This document shows positions 13,301-24,200 of a stretch of DNA of 64,000 bases, piece after piece. The stretch is from Lepidodermella squamata (lineage: Eukaryota > Animalia > Gastrotricha): contig JBLDXI010000003.1 of the NCBI GenBank assembly GCA_047495785.1, positions 1,984,001 to 2,048,000 on the forward strand. The letters run 5' to 3'. Both the position numbers and the translations under genes were made by a program. Position 1 is the first letter of the stretch; the number at the start of each line of letters is the position of its first letter. The notes beneath the pieces are model-generated. The model was given only the letters and a program-made list of their open reading frames with translations. It ran no database searches and was not told the DNA's origin.

Positions 13301-16300
13301 CATCAAAAAATCCGCTTCGAAAATTGAGAAGGTTTACTTTTTTCAAACACTTGACATTCCACAACCATGAGGTTCATATTTTGACCATCAACAACAGAAC
13401 CCGTGTGGGTAATCTCACAAAATCGCATGGGCTAATTCTTTACCGTTAGTGAGCCGTAGTTGCTCTAACTTGAAAAAGGGAAAATAGGACTTCAGGGTTC
13501 TATTAATTTGCATGAAAGCATCACCAACACCACAAAAGGTAAAGGGTGGACTAGGAGCGGGCCCGATGACAGGCGGTCATTGAGGACGACTACTGGTGAC
13601 TTCATCGTCGTTGGCGGACGTAAGCGGACGCCTTCGATTTGCTCGCGAAGTGGCAGCACATGTCTCGGCGTAGCGGACTTGAACTTGGGAGAAAAACTCT
13701 GAAAGGCGACAGCGCCGCTCGAGATCGGTGATGCGAACGCGGTCAGCCAGGCGAACGTTGAGCATCGCACGCAGGCACTTGTTCTGGAGGACGTCGAGGC
13801 GGCGTAACTGTTGCTTTGCAGCCGAAAGAGGCGATCGAGCGGACGAGAGCGAGGTAGCTGGCACGACGCCAGCGGAAGGAGAGCCCAGGGCGCGGAACGA
13901 TGGTGTAATACCAATCCCAGCAGCCGGGTAGACTTTCTTGTTGCATATTTCACCCTGGTCCCGGACCAGGCCATGTTAGCAGAGTGAATGAACGGCCCTC
14001 ATGGACTCACTCTCAATAAGTCATTAAAATTGGCAAAATAGGGAGTGGAACTTGACAGGAACAATCCGGGACATTCTGACAACATTTCGGAGGATTAATT
14101 CCAAATTTAAAGTGTCTACCTGGCGCATCCCATTTTAACTTGAAAATTCTTGAAATTATATAATTATATATTTCTATAATTATTTCAAATTATAGAAACA
14201 ACTGAATTATTGAATTTTTATTTAGGGAAACGAATTTCTCGACCTCATGCTACAACATGATATGAAAGAAGTCGTCGAACACGCGTCTGTTCAGCGGTAC
14301 CTGAGCGATATTTTCGCCGGCTCTTTGTCAACATGGCCTAGAGGCTCGTTCCTCTTTCTGCTCCTGATTTTCCTGATCTTCCCGCCAATAATGCTGTACT
14401 TCTGCGTTCCGATGGGCAAGGCCGCCTACCATCGCATTCCAGTCATCAAATTTCTAGCCATGATTGCCGCTCATTTTTACGTGATTGTTTTTCAAACAAT
14501 TATCGCATGCATCCCACTCGATCCGATAATTTATCGCGTCAACTACCTACCCAACTGGTACGAAGTAGTCTATCTAGCCCTGATTGGTGGAATGATCGTG
14601 ACCGAGTTGACGAAAAGTGGGACATCAATGGGACTGGGCGGCTGGCTGCGTTACGTCATCATCTTTTTCAGCATTATAGCCGCTCTTTTCCAAATTGCCG
14701 CAATCGGCGTGGAGTGAGTTATTCATATTTTATTAACTTTTTGTGTTTTTGCATTTTTCGGTAAATTTTTAAAATTTGAAACCCAAGAATTTGAAATTTT
14801 GTAGAATTTTTTAATTTGAATTTTGAAATTTTCAATTTCAATTTTTGAATTAAAATATTTTAAAAAATTCATTGAAATGTAAAATTTTGGTTTACAGCTT
14901 TCAAAATGATGGGCGAACCGCTGATCTCGTTCTAATGTACCTTCGCAATTTGATGATATCATTCGCTCTTTTCGCAGCGATAATTCTCATCTTGGGTAAG
15001 AATACCTATTTTGGCCAATTTTTCTCGGCTTTCATAAACAATTTTAACCAGATTTCATCCTAATTCATCATTTATTCGGCCCATTTGGAATCATCATCAG
15101 CAGTCTTATGAGAGATCTACTCACGTTTATCGTCGTGTTGATGATTTTCCTCGTCGGTTTCGTCTTTTTGATAGCTTGTCTATTCTCGCCAGTTACTAAG
15201 GACGCCGCCGTTCTGAAAAATAACACCAATACAGGCCTAACGAACCCGATACCACCACCTATCGATAACATGCGCCCATTTTCGGTCCTGCAAGCTGCGA
15301 ATACGCTTAGTAAATCGATGCGGAAAAAGCGGGAAGCAGAGTTGAAAAATTCGAAAATTAAGGTGGATCCACCAGAAACCGAAAAGCCTCCGAAATGCCG
15401 ACCGGTGTCAACCGGCAAAAATCAACCACCTGTCGCGCCCAAAGTTCGAAAGCGTCGTGATACGGGCGATTTTAACAGTTACGGTCGACTGGTTAAAAAT
15501 GACGACGACGAATTTCGGGTGATAAATAACATGGATTATTCTATTATTTTGGTCCTATTCGAAATTCTCTATTTCGCCATGTTCAACATGATTGGCCCTG
15601 AATTGCTGCCGAGGATAAAAAATGGACCTGAATGGAGCAGCCCGTTGATTGTGATGTTAGTTATCGTCCAGCTTAAAATCTCAATTTAAAATTTTTTTTT
15701 CTAATTATTATGAACTTCAAAATTTCAATTTTTATTTAAATTGATTTTTAAAATTCCCATTTCAATTTTTGAATTTAACTTTTAATTTTTGAAATTTCAA
15801 TTTCAATTTATTTTTTAGATACTTTGGTGCCTGGACCTTGGTTGCTTGTATTGTCCTGATCCCTCTGCTGATCGCCGTTTTAACCGAAACTTACAAAATG
15901 ATTCACATGCGGTCTGATCTCGAGTGGAAATTTGTTCGCGCAAAATCGATCCGCGACATGATCAAAATGCCAGCAGCTCCTACGCCGCTGAACCTCTTGG
16001 TCAGGCCGTATCTGTACATACGGGCGATTATGCGGCAGGGAAAGCGCATGTTCTCGCCATACGCTCAGTTCTATGTTGATCAGTACGAACATGTCGATGA
16101 GTTGCACCTGGCGGCGATTGATAAATTGATCAATCGACACGAATCTTTGAGAAGTCGCGGCGGGCGGATTTTGAGATTCCTGAAACGGAGGATGCAGGAT
16201 AAGGGCGTGTTGCCAGAAGAGGCAGAATCAAGTTAGCATAATTGATTATAATTTCCAAATACAGTGAAACCCCGATTTTGCGCCCTCGGATTTTCCGCCA

Positions 16301-17949
16301 ATTCGGATTTTACGCCAGGTTTTCGAGTGCCCCCCGGCGAAGGCAATGTAAAAGAGGCTAAAGTACATCCGATTTCACGCCACCGGATTTTACGCCAGGT
16401 TTTTCCGCGCCCCCGCGCAGCCATAATAAGCCAAAACACCTCCGATTTTACGCCAAACTCAGATTTTTGCCAAATCGCGCCAAAATTTGCATTCACGTAT
16501 ATAACGATTTAAAGAATACTTTCAGTTTCACTAGTTTATGAGTAAACCATACACGGCATGCTAGTAAATTCATGAAACGAAGTGAGCAGCAATGCCCGCT
16601 CAAGGCATAACAACTCTTCGGCAGTTTGGAATATCCGAAAACAAATTAGATATTCAGAATCAGCGCAAAAAGTTAGGGTGTTTGGCTAGTTAGCGCGCAG
16701 TTACCTTCCAAAATGAAGAAGAAATAGATGCGCAAAGTTGCTTTCAAGTTTCAAGTGCGTTAAACCAAGGCGCGCGTGTAACATATCAGCAGCGCTTGCG
16801 AGTTGACGCGCCATGCGTGTGTAACCGCTCTTTTGTTGTAGTCACCCGCGAGCCGCGCGCACGCGTATAGTAGTCTCTATGCATCCGCAAGGCGCGCACA
16901 CTTATTTTTTTGCTTATAAATTGTGTTCACAATTTGGATGGTTACCACGCGCAAGGTTGGGGTCTACCCTAACTTTTTGCGCTGATTCTGGATATCTAAT
17001 TTGTTTTCAGATATTCCTAACCGTTGAAGAGTTGCTATTTCCTCTTGAATTGAACTTTAGCTCTTACAATACAACTATAAACATCTCACTTAATCCAACT
17101 AAGGAATGAACCGCGCATTATTCCAGCTGAAAACAATTTTGCTAGCAACATCAAACGTCGCCGCAATCCTTACCGAAAATACAATATCCTAAATAAATAG
17201 AAATAAAGGCGTCAATTCTATTCTATATGACCTATTCTAGCGAGCAATGAGTATCAAGCTCTTGAACAGTTGTGACAGAATAGTTGTGGTAAAGTGGAAT
17301 AGAGCCACCCTAGGTGTTGGGTTGTTAGTTAATTGTGTATATAAATCGTGTGAAAGCAAAAATAATTAAAATCCGCGTGTTTTTTATTTGAAAAACCCCA
17401 ACTTTCGATTTTCCGCCAATTCGGATTTTACGCCAACTTTTCCGTTGCCCCCGCAATCGGCGTAGAACCGGGGTTTCACTGTAATTAACTCAAAGAAAAA
17501 TTTCATTAAATAAGAAAATTAAAAATTATGAAATTTTAAATTGATAAAATCGGAGATTTTTAAATTTTTTATTTTTTTTTTTTTTAGCTGAGGACGACTT
17601 CGGTGCCGGGGACGGTCCCAACTACCAAGCCGTGGAAATAGGCCCCCAGCCAATGCAGGACGTGCTCGATTGGTCGATTGTCGTGGCTCGTTTCCGCGAA
17701 ATGTTCGGCGATTTCCGCAGTTCAATTTTCATGCAAAGCGAGCACGATAAAATTTACAAATTCAAAGTAATACCGACGAAAAAAGACGAAATAGCCTCGG
17801 CGGCTATTAAAAATAAGGAAGAAATCATTTTCAGCGAGACACACTATCAACGACGCCGCATGAGCACGCTGACCACCAAAAATCAGGTCGCAAAACCTAT
17901 TGCTAAGCTTGCCATGGTTCGGCGAATGTCGAAAGCAATAAAAAATTGA
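4302..17949 (+). CDS. nompC: TRPN/NompC-like channel paralog 2 (~1926 aa, 16 exons)
   Basis: GT-AG exons: 4302-5417, 6626-7274, 9678-10093, 10402-10524, 10582-10758, 10811-10835, 10889-10965, 11028-11258, 11491-11721, 11936-12314, 12478-12869, 14226-14713, 14898-14995, 15052-15655, 15819-16231, 17588-17949. They sum to 5781 nt, in frame. Long ankyrin array (TPLHIAA motifs; NompC-typical HYCARSGN, GWSALMTA), TM domain, TRP box EWKFVRAKSIR. Confidence 0.9.
8234..9270 (-). pseudogene. Decayed intronic coding remnant, possibly a BED-finger DNA transposase
   Basis: Broken minus-strand ORFs. 8766-8999 reads LWKKKLF...VTCTKC...MVAHF...H, which resembles a BED zinc finger (W-x-F, CxxC, H..H). Family assignment is an inference. 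Confidence 0.3.
13577..13975 (-). mobile_element. Non-LTR retrotransposon (LINE) ORF2 C-terminal fragment
   Basis: QLRRLDVLQNKCLRAMLNVRLADRVRITDLERRCRL matches the post-RT L..LQNK.LR...VR..DL motif of Jockey/CR1/L2-type LINEs. GC-rich island inside an AT-rich intron; frameshifted. Confidence 0.65.
16262..17481. mobile_element. Non-autonomous pogo/Tigger-like element
   Basis: TIR CAGTGAAACCCCG / CGGGGTTTCACTG with TA on both flanks (16260-16261, 17482-17483). Subterminal repeat CGGATTTT(CCGCCAATTCGGATTTT)ACGCCA occurs near both ends. Confidence 0.85.
16600..17048. mobile_element. Foldback MITE nested in the pogo-like element
   Basis: ~70-bp inverted repeats (16611-16680 vs 16967-17040: AAACAAATTAGATATTCAGAATCAGCGCAAAAAGTTAGGG / CCCTAACTTTTTGCGCTGATTCTGGATATCTAATTTGTTTT). 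Homologous to 3535-3910. Confidence 0.7.
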
Positions 17950-18263
17950 TTATTCGTTTTCAAATTAATTAATTGAAAATTTAATTAAAATTGAAGTTGT
18001 GATTGTTTATTTTATTTAAACTAATTTAATTTTTTTTAATTTTAATTTTAATTTAAAAATTGTTCTCATTTGCAATCGATTCGAAATTATTCTTGTGACC
18101 TTGTTTTTCATTGTGATTAATAAAAATCGATTTTATTAGTTATTTCCTGATTTTTCTGTCGCCGCATAGCAACCGGTGTTGTTTCCTGTTGTAAGCGTCG
18201 CGCTTTCGATTATTAATTACGGCGAGAATTTTCGCATTCTGGTCAGTTTTGAGCTTACGCGAA

Positions 18264-21200
18264 ATGGCGAACCCTTCGATTTTAGCCGCTTTCAAAAAGC
18301 CGAGTACTTCGAAAATCTCTCGAATCGCCTCGACCTTCCAGCTACTGCCGCACCAGTCCAGCCGCGACGTTATCGCCGGGCCATCAGAGCCGCCTATCGC
18401 CGAGCAAGCCGCCGAACCACCCGCCGCGCCTGTAGCCCTACCCAAGGCGGAGGAAATTTTTGAGAAATCTCAAAAATCAGCTCAACCTAGCGATTTGAGG
18501 GGCAAAATTGCGGAGGATGATGACAACAAGTCTGTGTCAAGTGGCCGCGGGGAGGATGCTGCTAAGGTGTCCGACTACGGCAGTGATGACGAGCAGGAGG
18601 CGGACGCGGCCCAGGTGCGGACTGGTTTGCCGGGGCCGTTGAGTCGCAAGGTGAAAATTAAGGATATGGACAAGAATTCGGCCGAATTTCGCCTAATGAT
18701 GATAGCCGCGGCGAAGCGTGACGATTGGTCCACGGTTGAAGGGTTGATCAAGAAAATGGGCCGTAAAGACAAGCGCTTAAATGCTTTTGACCCAGATACA
18801 GGTAACATTCTGGCGATGTTCTGGCGATTATCTCAAAAAAATTATTTTTTTAGGAGAAACAACTTTAATGGTCGCTTGTCAGAAGTCGCGAGTTTTGGTG
18901 GTTGAACGGCTTTGCTCGATTGGTGCATTGCTGAATTGTCGGTCATACGTGAGTATAAAATTTTCAATCAAATTCAGGTTTAATTTGCATGTTTTATTCA
19001 AGGATCGGCGAACTGCTATTCATTACGCTGCGAAGGAAAGCCACGAAGAAGTGTTGAAATCGCTCTTGACGTGGAAAGCTGATCCTAATCTATTTGGCGG
19101 CGTAAGTTTTTGAAATTTCGATTGCGAATCTTATTAGGTGGCTTGACTTGTTTTGGATTTGAATGATGTGATGTGATACCATGAATAGTGAAAAGTGGCA
19201 AATGTGAACTTTGCACTCAATTATTTCAAACTTGTGTGTTGCATAATAACTAAGCTATATTGTGAGCTCACAATCGCAACGCGCTTTTTCAAAAACTCGT
19301 GTTTCAAATTTTCTCTCAGTATAGAAAAATCAATGTTTAAAAAAATCCAGTTTTTTATTTACCTGATTTTTTCATCAATTTTCGAAAACTGCCGTTTAGA
19401 ATGTTTATCAACGGTCCAGCTTTAAGCAAGCCGTGACTAATGCGTTATAGTATTCTTTTCCTGAACATTTTTTTTCTAAGTTTTACCGAAGCGGAACTGA
19501 ATTTCAAGAACAAAATTTCAATTCCCCCTCAAATTTCATTTTTGATAAAATTAACGCCATATTTTATGAGAGAAAGTTGGGTTCAAAAGGTGATGTTGAG
19601 ATTAAAAACGAAAAAACCGATAAAACCCGGGTTCCTGGTATCTGGTTCCTAATTTTCGGTAATTTATCCAGTTGGTCCGAATTTATCGGGATTTTTTATC
19701 CCTTTCGAAATTTTGTGGCCATGAGACGTGATTTCACCGATCATTTCACCTTCTGATCTCTTATCCGTGTACTCCGTATTATTATGGGACACGCCGCACC
19801 ACGACCTCCTGGGATTCGCGCTTGTAAACTGGTTCAATACTTTTTTCTAGAAATTGAAATGAATGAATTAACTAGTTGCATCTTTATATTGCCCAAAATT
19901 GCCAGTTTTCTGATTGTTGGAACTTCAGGTTGATTCCCTGCTCAAAGTCATGGGCATAATTGCATTTTTCTGTCAAATTTAGTGAAGGGAAAACCCATGC
20001 TGAATTTCATTCCAATTAAAATTTGATCATAACTAGGAAATTATTATTTTCCAAAACGACATACACTGCGTTTTAATTGTTCTAAATTCGATTTTTGCTC
20101 CAATTATCTTCAGTTTGAGCTCAAACAACAACGGATGAGACAAGGATTTTCTATTTCAAAATCCCATGTTTCTAGCATCCAAACCTTGAAATTACCCCGA
20201 GGGTTTCCTCGGTTGCCCTGTCGAAAATTAACCTGTGTTAGGGTATATTGATTGTTTTCAAATTTCCATAATTTTCAGGAGCATATGCAACTTCCGTTGC
20301 ACATCGCTGCCTCTCGCCAGTACGGCCTCGCGCAGTCGCAGACGCTGCTGCGAGCCAGCTTAAAAGAATGCCGCATCTGCCGCGACGGCCTCGGCAACCT
20401 GCCAATCACCTACGCCGTCCTATCCGGCTACGCCACCCTGGTGAAAGAACTCGTCGACGAGTACCAGGCCGAGCAGATGCGATGGCAGGACGAGCGAAAC
20501 GGCGATTCGCTAGTGCACATAGCCGTTCGCAACAAACAGTACAACATCATCAGTTGCCTGTGCCTAGACGCTGGGGCTGACGTGAATGTCCAGAACAAGG
20601 ACGGCCAGACGCCGCTTCACATCGCGGCGCGGCAGGGTGACTCGAAAATGACGAAACTCCTGCACAGCTTCAAGGCTAACCCGGACATCGGCGATAAGGA
20701 CGAGCGAACGCCGCTGCATATCGCGTCAGAATGCGGCCATACCGATGTCGTAGAACTCCTAGTCGAGCGATTCAAGGCGAATTTGCACCTCAGGACTAAG
20801 GACGGGTCCACCTTAATGCATCTATGCGCTGAGAAGGGGTTCGCTGATACTGTCCTTTCGTTCATTAGACAGGGTGTCCCACTTAATATGGCGAATAAGG
20901 TCGGCGTGTTGTGTCTGCATGTCGCGGCGCAAAACGGCCATTTGTCCGTGGTTAAGGCCCTGATATCGAAGGGGTCGAACGTGGACGCGAGGACGAAGGA
21001 GGGATATACGGCGTTGTATTTGAGTGTGTTGAACAATAAGCCGGATATCATTCAGACGCTGTTGGGGTTCGGCGCTAAGGTGGATTTGAAGGGCGGGCCG
21101 ACGAAGGAGTCGCCGCTGCACGTTGCTGCTAAGGTGCCGAATGGATTTACGTGTGCGCAAATTCTACTTCAGAGCAGCGCTATGGTCAATATAACGACGG

Positions 21201-24200
21201 AAGAGGTCAGTTTAAGATTTTCATCTCGAAGATCATTTAAAGAATTAGAGCGTTTCTCGTCTAATTTCCAAAATTGAAAATATGAGAGATTGGAATGAAA
21301 ATATATTTTATTTTAAAATGTGATTGCCTTTTGATTAAAAATTGAATATTTTTAGAAATTCAAATGTTGAATGTATTAGAAAATTCAAAAATTATGAAAT
21401 TTAATTAATCGCCGATTCAACACCTGATTACATATTTATTTAAACATTTTTTATAACTTAATTTTACAAAATTTCTATACAATTTCGTAGGATGATTTTG
21501 CTTGTAGTGAAAAAATTGGAAAAAATCACCGATCACCCAAGGCATCAGGCTATCGATTTTTTCCGAATTCGATTTGATTATCGATGATTGGTGATTTTTG
21601 TAATCAGAAGCTCTGTAAACTCAAAATCACCCCATTGCATGGCTTCACCTAGGCGGATTCTGGACAAAATTTTGACATGAAAATAATTTTAGCGTAAAGC
21701 TAGGAATGGTCCTGGTTTCAGGTGGAACGGCAAATTTTATATGACCAATTATTGGTAAATTGACGATTTATCGAGTTACAATTTTGCCCAACTTCGGGAA
21801 AACCTCTATCCTTAGTTGATGATGGGCTAGCCTAAAGCTGGGCTCATGCTGATAAAATTTTATTGAGGATAGCGTGCTTTGGCGCAGTGTTCGGGGGCAA
21901 TGTCAGAGTGACCGACAGGGACCGGCGCTAGCGGCCCAGCAGCACCGAGCAGGGTCTCCACGATGAACCGGACCGGCGAGCGACTATCCGGGAGTTGCAA
22001 ACAGCGGGTAGGGCGGACGCCAACGGGGCTACCGCTACGGGGTTGAAGAAGTGGAGGGCCAGCTGCCCCAATCGTACGCCGAGCGGCAGCTCGTACACTG
22101 CATCAGGCGTTGCGCGAACCAGCCTATACCCTACACCTTCCATCTCAGGCCGTTTCCGCGCACGATTCAGGTTGAAACATTACTTCCGCGACTTTCAGGT
22201 CATCAACTTTGAGATGAAAACCTTACCTACAATCGGTTCTCACAAATCAGTCCAACATAGGGGATCGTAGAACTTTCTGGAGCGTCGAATTTCGAATGTT
22301 TTAGATCCTGACTATTACTTGTTTCTTATATTTCCGCGGCAAACATTCGATCGGCAGATGGTATCAGGTTTCGTTCTCAAACGTCGGCGCGATACCGAAT
22401 GCGCAATTGAAAGAGAAAGTCTGGCCTTGGTCTTACTCCGAAGACCAGGCCGAAAGGTTGCACAGGGGGCAGATAAAAAACGATTTGAGCAACTAGAGAC
22501 GTGATATGTAGCTTTTCTTCAAACGGTACCATGTACCATAGTCGGTAATTTTCAGCTCAATCGCCCAAGCCGTAAATGTTGGCCCGTCGGGGTGGGGCGG
22601 GCGATTAATTTCACGTCGAATTTCTTGTGTGAGAAGTAAAACGATAGATCGGTGAGCACCAAAAATAGCCGGAAGCGCATTGTGCCAGCATCCGAATGAG
22701 AAACGAGAAAGGTACGTAAAGGGTTTCTGTCGCCGAATGGCTATAAATCGCAAATTTATTGTTCGGAGCAAGAAAACCAAATCCGGCTAAGGTTGCACGA
22801 GCCCAAGGTGACCGACTCAAGCCGTTAGCAACCCAGCTTTTCAGAGACTTAATCGTTATTTTGACGGCAATAACTTCGAAATAGGCTCAGAACGCGTTTG
22901 GAATCCGAAATACGAACGCGTATTAAAGGAATACGAAAATGTTTGGGAAGAATTTGATAGAAATAGGAATTATGAGACAATACACGCTGTAACGTTTCAT
23001 CTTGTTGTTTTAGACCGGAGAAACGCCTCTTCACTACGCGGCTAGAAGCGGCGCGCTTGAATTGCTGCGAATGCTGCTAGAAGAAGGCGCCGACCCGATG
23101 CAGCTGACAAAATCTGGCGAAACCGCTCTTCACATCGCCTGCCGGCAGTGCCACTTCGGCTGCTGTAAGGCCATTATCGACTACGTCAACGCGAATATCA
23201 AAGGCAAGGACGCCAGCTCTCTGATCAACCTTAACAACTACGAGGGCGAGACTTGCTTCCACATCGCGGCCGAATTGGGCAAATCACAGACTCACTATCC
23301 CTTCGAAGAAGTCGACATCATCCGCCTGTTGCTGTCAAATGGCGCCGATCCGCTGGAAGTCACGTATTTGACCCATGAAACTTCACTGCACTACTGCGCG
23401 AGGTCGGGCAATCCCGATATTATGATTGAGATTGTGAGGCATTTGGGCGCTGGGTTTCAATCGGCGTGTAACAAGCAGGATAGGATGGGCTGGTCGCCTT
23501 TGATGACGGCGGCTCAACAGGGACATGCGGCTGTGGCTGAAATGCTGCTGGCCAACGCGGCTCGAGCTGATGTTTTCGACGAGGTGAGAAAATATGCAAA
23601 AAAATTGAAAAAATATTATTCTGCAAAAATGCTCTTAAAAAACTCAACATTTGCAAAAATTAAAAAAAATTTCAATTCGATTTTGAAAAATGTTCAAATT
23701 TTTCCGAAATATTCGGCTGTTTTTTAATTGCCTGTTTTGTATTTGAACGGATTAAAATATATTATCAAGTTTATCAATATAAAAAGCAACTCAATAAAAA
23801 TACATCAAATTTCTTGGCGATTTTTGTTCGTCGCTTGAAAAATCATATATTGTTGAAATCGGCTAAAAATCGCAATATTGCCGATAATCGATTATCGATC
23901 GCTAACCGATCGATCAAAACCAAAACAGCACAAAAGTTATATCGATGGAAATTATTGATCAAGGGGATCTCCACTGAAGCTAGCATACCACCATCAATAA
24001 AATCGGATGTACAACTGTCATCCATGACATCGTTCAAGTCTACCAACAAAAATCGTCAACATTTGAGCGATTACTAAAGCATTAAACTTACAATCAAAGG
24101 CACCGCGTGAATGTGAATCTGGGTTGCTGATGATAGTTTTTCGCAGCTTTGCTTTCGACTTGGCTTTAGACTTGGCAGCTTCTTCAGTAGCTAGTTTTGC

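Noticed and set aside
16262-16460. Spaced short repeats resembling a CRISPR array
   Set aside because: Eukaryotic context, irregular spacing and no cas genes; these are subterminal repeats of a TIR element.
20368-21160. Antisense and alternative-frame ORFs overlapping ankyrin exons (also at 30779 and 52366)
   Set aside because: Shadow ORFs of GC-rich coding exons with no independent domain signal.
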